Shown piece after piece: positions 25,053 to 33,364 of a DNA stretch of 46,941 nt; position 1 is the stretch's first letter, and the number at the start of each line of letters is the position of its first letter. Position numbers and translations under genes: made by a program. The stretch comes from a virus. Lineage: Duplodnaviria; Caudoviricetes. The DNA lies in IMG/VR virus record IMGVR_UViG_3300048586_000076, positions 1 through 46,941 of that record. One strand, written 5' to 3'. The notes beneath the pieces are model-generated. The model was not told where the DNA came from. It saw nothing but the letters and a program-made list of their open reading frames with translations, and searched no databases.

Positions 25053-25233
25053 ATGGGTGGTGCAGCGGCGGAAGCGCTATTGCCAATGCTGCGACGCGTT
25101 CCAGACGGCGGATAGCATGTCAAAGAACGCGTCATGGTATCCGTCGAAATTCAACGCCAAGAATTGCCCGCGCACGAAACCGGATCGGCCGCACGCGCAA
25201 GCGATCGCCGACGCCAAGGCGGCAATGAAGTGA
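25036..25233 (+). CDS. Small Cys-containing hypothetical protein
   Basis: ATG 25036; YCQCC and NCPR motifs. Confidence 0.5.
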   Translation: MTAAHKWVVQRRKRYCQCCDAFQTADSMSKNASWYPSKFNAKNCPRTKPDRPHAQAIADAKAAMK

Positions 25234-25244
25234 CGGCGCTGCGA

Positions 25245-25709
25245 ATGACTGACGGCATGTCGACCTGGGCGAAACAGCAGGCCGATCTTGAGGCGGCGAT
25301 CGAGCGCATGGAAGCGCGCAAGCGCGCCAAGAAAATCGCAGCCGGCGCGGCGATCCTCCCGGTTGCCGGCGGCAAGTATGAGGCGATTGTCGACGCGCAT
25401 CTGTTGCCGGCCCTGTCCGCCTATCGTTGGAATGTGAAGCTGTCGAAGGGCTCGGGCGCGCCGCATCCGAAGCGGACGACGGAAGCGCCCGGATCGTCGC
25501 GCGCGAAAGACTGCCAATATGAGCGGCGGCAAGTCTCGATCATGCTGTCGCACACGGTCTTGGAAATGTCCGGCAAGCCTCGGCCGCCGAAACACGTCCC
25601 CGATCACAAGAACGGTGACAGTCTCGATAACCGCGCCGACAATCTTGAGTGGGTGACGCAAGGCGAAAACATTCGCAGAATGTGGGCGCTGCGGAAAATG
25701 CGGAGATAG
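25245..25709 (+). CDS. HNH endonuclease (HNH_3-like); start may be GTG 25230
   Basis: PDHKNGDSLDNRADNLEWVTQGEN. Confidence 0.85.
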   Translation: MTDGMSTWAKQQADLEAAIERMEARKRAKKIAAGAAILPVAGGKYEAIVDAHLLPALSAYRWNVKLSKGSGAPHPKRTTEAPGSSRAKDCQYERRQVSIMLSHTVLEMSGKPRPPKHVPDHKNGDSLDNRADNLEWVTQGENIRRMWALRKMRR

Positions 25710-25711
25710 CT

Positions 25712-25792
25712 ATGATAGACGCGCTCGCGAATGCTGCAGGTGTCGCCTTTGTCGTTTGGTTCCTTGTGATACTCGCGGTGCGACGGGGTTAG
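25712..25792 (+). CDS. 26-aa single-TM peptide (not in ORF track)
   Basis: MIDALANAAGVAFVVWFLVILAVRRG*; GGAGA RBS 5 nt upstream. Confidence 0.6.
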   Translation: MIDALANAAGVAFVVWFLVILAVRRG

Positions 25793-25805
25793 TCGGGCGC
25801 ATGCG

Positions 25806-26144
25806 ATGACCGATCACTATGTCAGCTATATCTTGGAAGCCTCCGGCATGGATGCCGACGGCAACGCGTCTGCGCCCGGCGACGTTTTCGAAGGGCGACT
25901 GTCCGATGAGCGGATCGTGCATACGCGCGTGCTGGTGACGCGATCGGCGGACCTTGGCGCGGTCGACCTCGATCGGCTGTATTTCGCCGGCTATGATCGC
26001 GACTGGCGGATGGTCGATCGGGTGCGCCTGCAGCGCAACGAAGGCCTGTCACAAGAAAACCGCCTTGCCATTGCAATGGCGGAGGAACGCAAAGGCGTCG
26101 GCGTCCCGGCGGCCGGCGCGGACTATGATCCGTTTAACGAGTGA
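25806..26144 (+). CDS. Hypothetical protein
   Basis: 112-aa ORF in the operon tiling. Confidence 0.65.
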   Translation: MTDHYVSYILEASGMDADGNASAPGDVFEGRLSDERIVHTRVLVTRSADLGAVDLDRLYFAGYDRDWRMVDRVRLQRNEGLSQENRLAIAMAEERKGVGVPAAGADYDPFNE

Positions 26145-26150
26145 GGGCAC

Positions 26151-26390
26151 ATGAAACCGACACGGAATGAATTCACGACGCGCGAACTCGGCAAGCCGGT
26201 CGATTGGGATGACGAAAAGATGGGCGGGCCTTGCGATGCGCTGCCGATCGTTGATGCTCATGGCATGATGTTCTCTTACTGGCGCGCGTCGTGGCGTGAG
26301 CGGATCGCGATCTTGTGCGGCCGGCCGGTGCGGCTCGGCATTGTTGGCCGATCGCATCCCGTCGTGTCGGTCGATACAGCAAAGGTGTGA
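26151..26390 (+). CDS. Conserved phage hypothetical protein
   Basis: GAGGG RBS; GPCDALP...SYWR.SWRERI..L.G..V.LGI.GR.HP.V. Confidence 0.75.
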   Translation: MKPTRNEFTTRELGKPVDWDDEKMGGPCDALPIVDAHGMMFSYWRASWRERIAILCGRPVRLGIVGRSHPVVSVDTAKV

Positions 26391-26391
26391 C

Positions 26392-26895
26392 ATGGCGGAC
26401 ATGAAACCGAAGGCAAACCCGGCGCTCGCGGCGCTGCTAGATAGTCTGGACGATCCGGACGACGATGTGATGACCCCGCTGTTGCAGGATCGCGCGGAGG
26501 CCAAGCATCCGTGCTGCAACGCGCCGATCGAGGGGCCGCACATGCATTTTTGCGCGCACTCGATGCCCAAGGCTGCACTCCGAAAAGGGCTCGATCTCTA
26601 TGCTGCCTCGAAAGACGCCAATGATATCGCGGGTCTTGCTGATCTGCGTAATGATCGGACCGCCTTGCTTCGCTCGCTCGATCCTGCGGCTTTACGGAAA
26701 GCTGGCTTTGGAGACATGGACGACGACACCTTGCTCGCCGCGTGCCATTTGGCGCGCGTACACTGTGAGGAACTTACTGAACAGGAGCGCGCGTTTTCTG
26801 AGCGCTGGCTGCGCGATCCGAAAAAACGTCTCTGGTTGATCGAGAGGGGCCTGTATTGGGACACGACGCAAATCTTACCGCCGCTGAACTCATAG
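26392..26895 (+). CDS. Hypothetical protein
   Basis: AAGGTG RBS before ATG 26392. Confidence 0.65.
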   Translation: MADMKPKANPALAALLDSLDDPDDDVMTPLLQDRAEAKHPCCNAPIEGPHMHFCAHSMPKAALRKGLDLYAASKDANDIAGLADLRNDRTALLRSLDPAALRKAGFGDMDDDTLLAACHLARVHCEELTEQERAFSERWLRDPKKRLWLIERGLYWDTTQILPPLNS

Positions 26896-27254
26896 AAAAG
26901 CGCGATCACGGTCACGGCCACGTTTACCCGCGCCGCGATGGGCTGGTCGCCCGATGCGGCGGGCCGAACCTGTGCCATGTCTGCGCGTCCGATCTGGCGG
27001 AAAAGCACTCACGCGAAACCGGGCGGCAAACGAAAGTCGATCGGCTGGTGCGCTTGCCGGCTGTCCTGCTCGATGGGCCGAAGCGCATGGCGCTGGAAAT
27101 CGAAAGCGACGGGTCGGTGCCGGATATCGTGATCCTGCACAACATGGCCTATCTTCACGCCGGTTTCGACGCGGCCGGCAAACCGCAATTCCGGCGGAAA
27201 ACCTCCTATAACGCGTTCAACAAGACGTGGTGGAAAGTGGAGAATTGGGAATGA
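26856..27254 (+). CDS. Hypothetical protein with a Cys/His motif
   Basis: GHGHVYPRRDG..ARCGGP.LC..CA; TTG start with a GAGG RBS. Confidence 0.65.
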   Translation: MGHDANLTAAELIEKRDHGHGHVYPRRDGLVARCGGPNLCHVCASDLAEKHSRETGRQTKVDRLVRLPAVLLDGPKRMALEIESDGSVPDIVILHNMAYLHAGFDAAGKPQFRRKTSYNAFNKTWWKVENWE

Positions 27255-28192
27255 CGGGCGAAGGCGGGAAACTATCGAAAGAGGATTTCGGGCGGTTGCC
27301 GGACCTGATCGGCAAAGATAGCCAAGGCGTATGGCGGATGCAGAACGGTGGCGTCTTGGCGTCGCGCGAAACCGACGACGAAAGGCTCGCGCGCGAGACG
27401 CGGGAATTCGATGAGCAACAAGCGGCCTGGCGCAAGTCGGTCGACGATGAAATGCGGAAGCGGTATGTCGATGAGGACGACGACGGGCTCGCGCTGATCG
27501 ACATGGCGTCGCGCATGATGCGGATGATCCTGATTGCGATCGGCGTCGTGGCGCTGCTGCTGCTGCTGGTTTGGGGCGCTGGTGCTGCACCGGTCAAGCC
27601 GGCGGCGGCGGGCTGCCAAGTGGCGGCCGGAGTGAAGCCGGGTACCCTCCCGAAAGCGCGCGTCTATCTCATGCGCGGATTGGCCGGGCAGGTGTATAGC
27701 CGCGGCATGGATACGGTGGCGGCCGGGTCGGAACGAACGCAAGGCACGGCGGCGACGCGATATCTGCGCTCGCATTTCCGGGTGGTGTCGCTGTGGGAAA
27801 CCGTGCGCGCGAACCACAAGCGGGATTGTCTGCCGATCATCATCGGCGGGCACTCGCTCGGCGCGGATGCGGCGATCGACATGGCAGAGTGGCTTGAGGC
27901 GGAAGGAATTCACGTCGAATTGCTGATCCTGTTCGATCCAACGCCGTTCACGAAACCCGTACCGTCGAACGTCATGCGCGCCGTCAATCTCCGGCAGGAT
28001 CATGCCGGGTTCGGCAACGGCTATATCCGGCCGGCTCCGGGCTTCACCGGGCGGATCATTAATCACACGATGGCAGGGCCGAACCATATTCAGATTGATG
28101 ACTGGCCGCCGGCTCATGCGATCGCATGGTGCGAGATAGGCTTCGCGATCCGCCGCAATGTCGAGGCGTCTAACTGTGTCGAGGCGAACTAA
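27251..28192 (+). CDS. Membrane-anchored alpha/beta-hydrolase-fold protein
   Basis: TM (ILIAIGVVALLLLLVWG), VYLMRGL, nucleophile elbow GHSLG, LFDP and H.QID. Confidence 0.75.
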   Translation: MTGEGGKLSKEDFGRLPDLIGKDSQGVWRMQNGGVLASRETDDERLARETREFDEQQAAWRKSVDDEMRKRYVDEDDDGLALIDMASRMMRMILIAIGVVALLLLLVWGAGAAPVKPAAAGCQVAAGVKPGTLPKARVYLMRGLAGQVYSRGMDTVAAGSERTQGTAATRYLRSHFRVVSLWETVRANHKRDCLPIIIGGHSLGADAAIDMAEWLEAEGIHVELLILFDPTPFTKPVPSNVMRAVNLRQDHAGFGNGYIRPAPGFTGRIINHTMAGPNHIQIDDWPPAHAIAWCEIGFAIRRNVEASNCVEAN

Positions 28193-28472
28193 TTGCTGCG
28201 TACCGTTTTGCCGGCGCTGGACCGGCAAGCCGTATTCGGAATGGATATGCGCCGATCACTGGCGCATGATCCCGCAACGGTGGCGCAAGGCGTGGCGGCG
28301 GGCATATCAGCGGCGGGAAGATGCCGCGACGTTTGGCGTGGTCAATGGCGGGTATCGTCAATTCGAAAACTACCAGCGTTTCGCGGAACACTTCCGGGCG
28401 CGGACTGCTGAAATGCGGCTGTGGTCTCGCATGAAGCGTAAGGCGTGTCAGCGGGCGGCGGGGATCGGATGA
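28158..28472 (+). CDS. Cys/Trp-rich hypothetical protein
   Basis: CCVPFC...WICADHWR motif; stop overlaps the terL ATG. Confidence 0.65.
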   Translation: MSRRLTVSRRTNCCVPFCRRWTGKPYSEWICADHWRMIPQRWRKAWRRAYQRREDAATFGVVNGGYRQFENYQRFAEHFRARTAEMRLWSRMKRKACQRAAGIG

Positions 28473-29983
28473 GCGAACCGGACAAAGACCTCGATGCGGA
28501 ACTGACCGAACTCGCCGGTCAATTCTTCTATGATCCGTTAGGCTGGACGCTCGCCGCGTTCCCGTGGGGGCAAGGTGAGCTTGCGCGTTGGGAAAGGCCG
28601 GATGATTGGCAATGCGAACATTTAGAGGATTTCGGTCGGGAACTGAGAAAGCGAAAATTCGACGGCCACACGGCTGTCACGCCAACAAGGATGGCCGTAT
28701 CGTCCGGACATGGCATCGGAAAAACCGCAGACGTGAGTTTCGTGGCGCTGTTTATCATGTCGACGCGTCCGTTTGCGAAGGGGATTGTGACGGCGAACTC
28801 GTCGCCGCAGCTAGAGACGAAAACTTGGGCTGAGCTTGCGCGCTGGAAAAAGCGCTGTCTGTGGGGACCATGGTTTCGAATGGTCAGCGGGCGCGGCGCA
28901 ATGAAGCTGTTTCACCGCGATCATCCTGAGACGTGGAAGCTGACGGCGATGGCCTGGCGTGAGCATATGCCCGAAGCCTTTGCCGGCCAGCACGCGGCCG
29001 ATAGCTCGTCGTTCTATCTATTCGACGAGGCGTCCGCCGTGCCCAAACCGATCTTCGAAACGGCGGAAGGCGGTTTGACCGACGGCGAACCGATGATGTT
29101 CATGTGGGGCAACCCCACGCGAAACAGCGGCTACTTTTACGAAGCCTTCCACGGCAAGCGGCACCTGTGGAACACGCGCAAGATTGATAGCCGGACCGCG
29201 CGCATTCCGAACAAGGAAAAGCTGCAGCAGGATATCGACACGCACGGCATTGATAGCGATTACGTCAAGGTCAAAATCCTGGGCGAATTCCCGTCGCAAT
29301 CGTCGTCGCAGTTTATCCCGACGGCGGACGTCGAAGCGGCAATGAAGCGCGACGCGTTCTCGAACGCGACCGATCCGATTATCATCGGCGTCGACGTTGC
29401 CCGGTACGGCACCGACGAAAGCGTTGTCCGCGTCCGGCAAGGGCGCAACGGCAAGACATACAAGCCGCTCCGGTTTCGCGGTATCGACACGATGCAGCTT
29501 GCGGCGCACGTGTTCAAGCTCTGCAACGAATTACGCGCGGACGTCATATTCGTCGATGAGACTGGCGTCGGCGGTGGCGTCGTCGATCGCCTGCGCCAGC
29601 TTGCCGGCGATACCAACGTCGAAATCATCGGCGTCAATTTCGGCGGCAAGTCGCCCGATCGAACCTGCGCCAACATGGCGGCCTATATGTGGATGCAAAT
29701 GCGCGACTGGCTCAAGGCCGGCGGCGCGATAGAACAGCACGACGGGCTCAAGACCGATCTGACGGTGCGCGAGTATTATTTCGACGGGCAGAACCGCTAC
29801 GTGCTGGAAAGCAAGGACGATCTGCGCGACCGGGGCGAAGCCTCGCCGGATGACGCGGACGCGCTCGCTCTGACCTTCGCCTATCCCGTGGGGCCGCGTT
29901 CATTGACGAAAGCGGCTCAGACGCTTAGAGGGGACAATGCCGCACACGGGGCGGACTATGATCCCTATGGAACGGAGCGCTAA
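28469..29983 (+). CDS. terL: Terminase large subunit
   Basis: SGHGIGKT Walker A, LFDEAS Walker B, GNPT, GVDVARYG.D, DETGVGGGVVD and SPDDADALALTF motifs. Confidence 0.96.
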   Translation: MSEPDKDLDAELTELAGQFFYDPLGWTLAAFPWGQGELARWERPDDWQCEHLEDFGRELRKRKFDGHTAVTPTRMAVSSGHGIGKTADVSFVALFIMSTRPFAKGIVTANSSPQLETKTWAELARWKKRCLWGPWFRMVSGRGAMKLFHRDHPETWKLTAMAWREHMPEAFAGQHAADSSSFYLFDEASAVPKPIFETAEGGLTDGEPMMFMWGNPTRNSGYFYEAFHGKRHLWNTRKIDSRTARIPNKEKLQQDIDTHGIDSDYVKVKILGEFPSQSSSQFIPTADVEAAMKRDAFSNATDPIIIGVDVARYGTDESVVRVRQGRNGKTYKPLRFRGIDTMQLAAHVFKLCNELRADVIFVDETGVGGGVVDRLRQLAGDTNVEIIGVNFGGKSPDRTCANMAAYMWMQMRDWLKAGGAIEQHDGLKTDLTVREYYFDGQNRYVLESKDDLRDRGEASPDDADALALTFAYPVGPRSLTKAAQTLRGDNAAHGADYDPYGTER

Positions 29984-29984
29984 A

Positions 29985-30215
29985 ATGTGCGGGCCTGTTG
30001 TACCCGGAACCTTGTATCAGTCGGGCGGCTCTGCGCCCGCGATGCCGTCTCTGCCGCCAAGCGCGCCGAAACCGGCGAATTGGGCGGACGTCGTCCAGAC
30101 GAAAAATAACACTTACGACATTGAGCGCATGGCCGCGCTCTCGTCTGATACGATCTTCGCGTCGAACCTGGGCACGGCGACGACGGCCGGTAAGAAAGTC
30201 CTTCTCGGGGAGTAA
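29985..30215 (+). CDS. Small virion-associated protein preceding the portal
   Basis: GGAG RBS; MC...P-rich...KKVLLGE, a pattern usual just upstream of this portal type. Confidence 0.7.
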   Translation: MCGPVVPGTLYQSGGSAPAMPSLPPSAPKPANWADVVQTKNNTYDIERMAALSSDTIFASNLGTATTAGKKVLLGE

Positions 30216-30221
30216 TCCGCC

Positions 30222-31991
30222 ATGGCTCGCGCCGCGACTGCACGCAAACCTGCTATCCCGTTTGAAAATCGCGGGCCTGGCATTCGGCTGCCCAAGCCGA
30301 AATTCGTCGAAAGCAACAATCTGACCGAACCGTTTCAGCGGCGGTTTTCGCAGCTAACATCGGACTGGACGCCGTTCCGCGATGAGTGGCAGGGCATCCT
30401 CGAATTGACCCGGCCGCGTCGCGGCAAGTTTATGATCCTCGACAAGCAGCAAACCCGACTGCATGGGAAAATCCTAAACAACACGGCAACGATCGCGTCG
30501 CGCACCTGCTCTGCCGGCATGATGAGCGGCGTATCGTCGCCGGCCCGGCCATGGTTTCGCATCACGACTGACGATCCGGACCTGTCGGAATTCTCGTCGG
30601 TCAAGTCGTGGCTGATGACGACGGCGCGCCGCATGTCGACGGTGTTCGCTCGATCGAATGTCTATAACATGCTCGCGACGATCTACGGCGACCTCGGCGA
30701 TATCGGCAACGGCTGCAATCTTCTGGAGGAAGATTTCGAGGACGTGGTCCGCGCGACGCTGTTTCCGCCGGGGCAATTCCGGTTTGCGGTCAACGGGCGC
30801 GGGACGGTCGACACCGTCTATCGCGAATTCCCGCGCACGGTCATTCAGCTTGTCGACCTGTACGGCGACGACGTGTCGAAGCACGTCCGCGCTATGTACG
30901 ATCAAGGCAATTACGACGCAATCGTGATGTGCGTGCAAGCGATCGAACCGAACATGAAACAGGTTCGGAATTCTTACGGCGTCGAAGGCAAGCCGTTCAT
31001 TTCCGCGATCTTCGAACGCGATGGCGATCGCGACGAATGTCTCGAAATGAAAGGCTACAACGAATGGCCTTTGCAAGCGCCCCGGTGGGACGTGATGGCC
31101 GGCGACGTGTATGGCAACGGTCCCGGCCTTGACGCGTTCGGCGACAACAAGGCGCTGCAGCGATTGGAGCGGCGCAAGGCGCAGGCCGGCGACAAGCTCG
31201 TGACGCCTCCGGTGCAAGCGCCGACGGCGGCGCGCCGGACCATGACGCACGTTCCCGGCGGCGTCGTGTTCAACGATGCGACCACTCCGGGCGGCGTGAT
31301 CCGTCCGCTGTATGAGCAAAACCCGCAAGGCATCCGGTTTTTGTCAGAGGAAATCATGCAGCATGAACGGCGGATCAATACCGCCTATTATGCTGACCTG
31401 TTCCTGATGCTGGCACAGTCCGATCGGCGTGAGATTACCGCGCGCGAAATCGAGGAACGCCACGAGGAAAAACTGCTCGCGCTCGGCCCGGTGCTGGAAC
31501 GGCTGCACGACGAATTGTTGTCGCCGCTGATTGCGCGAACCTATGCGATCATGGATCGAGCGGGCCTGATACCCGAACCGCCGCAAGAACTGCAGAATGT
31601 GCCGGTGAAAATCGAATACATTTCGTTGCTTGCTCAAGCGCAACGGGCGGTGTCGACCGGCGCGACCGAAAAGTTTTTCGGCTTCGTCGGCAACCTGGCT
31701 GCAGGCAAGCCGGACGTTCTGGACAAAGTCGATTTCGATCAAGCGCTCGATGTGTACGGCGACAATATCGGTATCGATCCGTCAATCATCGTCGGCGATG
31801 AGGAAGTCCGCAAGACGCGCGCCGCTCGCGCTCAACAGCAGGCGGCGCAAGCTGCGGCGGCTGCGGCTCCGGCCGCGCTGCAGGGCGCACAGGCTGCGAA
31901 GGTCTTGAGCGAAACCGACCTCGGGGCCGATAGCGCGCTGTCTCGCATCCTCGATAGCGGCGGCTTCTCGGCCGGCGGTGCCGTTCAATGA
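30222..31991 (+). CDS. Portal / head-to-tail connector (T7/BPP-1 type)
   Basis: AGMMSGVSSPARPWF, PRW...GDVYG.GPG and ITAREIEERHEEKLLALGPVLERL motifs. Confidence 0.95.
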   Translation: MARAATARKPAIPFENRGPGIRLPKPKFVESNNLTEPFQRRFSQLTSDWTPFRDEWQGILELTRPRRGKFMILDKQQTRLHGKILNNTATIASRTCSAGMMSGVSSPARPWFRITTDDPDLSEFSSVKSWLMTTARRMSTVFARSNVYNMLATIYGDLGDIGNGCNLLEEDFEDVVRATLFPPGQFRFAVNGRGTVDTVYREFPRTVIQLVDLYGDDVSKHVRAMYDQGNYDAIVMCVQAIEPNMKQVRNSYGVEGKPFISAIFERDGDRDECLEMKGYNEWPLQAPRWDVMAGDVYGNGPGLDAFGDNKALQRLERRKAQAGDKLVTPPVQAPTAARRTMTHVPGGVVFNDATTPGGVIRPLYEQNPQGIRFLSEEIMQHERRINTAYYADLFLMLAQSDRREITAREIEERHEEKLLALGPVLERLHDELLSPLIARTYAIMDRAGLIPEPPQELQNVPVKIEYISLLAQAQRAVSTGATEKFFGFVGNLAAGKPDVLDKVDFDQALDVYGDNIGIDPSIIVGDEEVRKTRAARAQQQAAQAAAAAAPAALQGAQAAKVLSETDLGADSALSRILDSGGFSAGGAVQ

Positions 31992-32332
31992 GTGATGACC
32001 TGTATGCGGATGATCCGCATTATGCGGCCGGCGGCGCGCGGAAGCCGACGGCAAAGGAACGTGCGGAGGAAAAGCGCATCGCGGCCGAACGCAACGCGCA
32101 AATCACGGCGCTCATGTCGACAAAGCTCGGCCGGGCGCTGGCATGGCGCTGGCTCGGTGAGGCTGGAATTTTCCGGACGTCCTTCGCTGCCGGCATGCCG
32201 GACGTCACGGCGCACAATGAAGGCTTCCGAAAATTTGGGCTCATGGTGCAAGCTGAAATCCTGGAAGCGGTACCCGATCGCTTCTGGCTTATGGTGAAAG
32301 AGAATTCGGGCAACAAGGAGCAAGGCGAATGA
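31988..32332 (+). CDS. Bbp19-like protein
   Basis: LMSTKLGR...W..L...GIFRTSF...AHNEG.R..GL; position after the portal. Confidence 0.8.
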   Translation: MSDDLYADDPHYAAGGARKPTAKERAEEKRIAAERNAQITALMSTKLGRALAWRWLGEAGIFRTSFAAGMPDVTAHNEGFRKFGLMVQAEILEAVPDRFWLMVKENSGNKEQGE

Positions 32333-33168
32333 CTTGGGAACAGAGACGCCGCGCGCTCATGTGCGGCGCGGCGCATTTCGTGCCGTATGAAGGCGAGGGC
32401 GGCGGCGGTGGCGGATCAGGTGGCGGTGACGGCGGCGGTGGTGATAAGGGCGGCGCTGGTGCCGGCGACGGAAAAGGTGCCGACACTGGCAAGGGCGGCG
32501 ACAAGACGGGCGCGGATGGTAAGGGCGGCGCTGACGACAAGGGGAAAGGCGCTGACGATAAGGGCGGCGACGACAAGAAATCGAAAACCCTGATTGGCGG
32601 CGACGACGACGCGGACGGTGACGGCGACGGCGACGGCGACGGCGATGACAAGGGCGATCCCAAGCCGAAAGCGCCGGAAAAATATGAGGCTTTCACGCTG
32701 CCGGACGGCATGAAGGCGGATGAAAAAGCGCTTGAGGCCTTTCTGCCGATCGCCAAGGCGCTCGACCTGACGCAAGAGCAAGCGCAAAAACTGGTCGATT
32801 TCGAAGTCGAACGGATGGGCCAGTACGCCCAAACCATGCAAGACACATGGAAGGCGTGGGAGGATAGCGCGCGCATGGATACCGAGATTGGCGGCGCTGC
32901 GCTGGAAGCCTCGCTCAAGTCGGCGAACATCGCGCTCGCCGATCCCGATAAAGGCGGCATCGGCTCAAAGGCGCTGCGGGTGATGCTGCACAAGACGGGC
33001 CTGGGCAATCATCCGGAATTCATCCGGGCGTTCGCCCGCATCGGCAAAGTCCTCGGCGAACCCGATACGGCCAGCAAGGGCGGCAACGGCGGCGGCAACG
33101 ACGGCGGCGAAGATGCGAGGCTGGCCGCGATGTACCCGAAAACGGCGGGGCTCGGCCGCAAGAAATAG
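32329..33168 (+). CDS. Capsid scaffolding protein
   Basis: Gly/Asp/Lys low-complexity N-half, APEKYEAFTLPDG, LTQEQAQKLVD and GLGNHPEFIRAFARIGK motifs. Confidence 0.85.
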   Translation: MTWEQRRRALMCGAAHFVPYEGEGGGGGGSGGGDGGGGDKGGAGAGDGKGADTGKGGDKTGADGKGGADDKGKGADDKGGDDKKSKTLIGGDDDADGDGDGDGDGDDKGDPKPKAPEKYEAFTLPDGMKADEKALEAFLPIAKALDLTQEQAQKLVDFEVERMGQYAQTMQDTWKAWEDSARMDTEIGGAALEASLKSANIALADPDKGGIGSKALRVMLHKTGLGNHPEFIRAFARIGKVLGEPDTASKGGNGGGNDGGEDARLAAMYPKTAGLGRKK

Positions 33169-33240
33169 CGCGTCAACACGTTCCTCCCGTTGACGCGTTT
33201 TTACTGGACCGCTTGGCAGACCCGCCAAGCGGTTCTTTTT
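33169..33240 (+). terminator. Two tandem intrinsic terminators
   Basis: CGCGTCAAC/GTTGACGCG + TTTTT (33169-33202) and ACCGCTTGGC/GCCAAGCGGT + TCTTTTT (33208-33240). Confidence 0.8.
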
Positions 33241-33258
33241 ATTCGTGGCATGGTGGCA

Positions 33259-33321
33259 AGAGACGCGGGTTTCCGTGGCAAAAAATAAACGCTTGACGGG
33301 ATGAGGGTACCCGCATAGTGG
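33259..33321 (+). promoter_or_regulatory. Capsid promoter
   Basis: AGAGACGCGG box, A-tract, and TTGACG(33293)-N17-TAGTGG(33316) with GGGTACCC in the spacer. Confidence 0.65.
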
Positions 33322-33364
33322 GCGAATTGCTGAATTTATTCCCGTTGCTTCGGAGAAAGCACCT

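Noticed and set aside
25245-25709. HNH gene as part of an intron or intein
   Set aside because: It is free-standing, no interrupted host gene is evident, and terL is intact.
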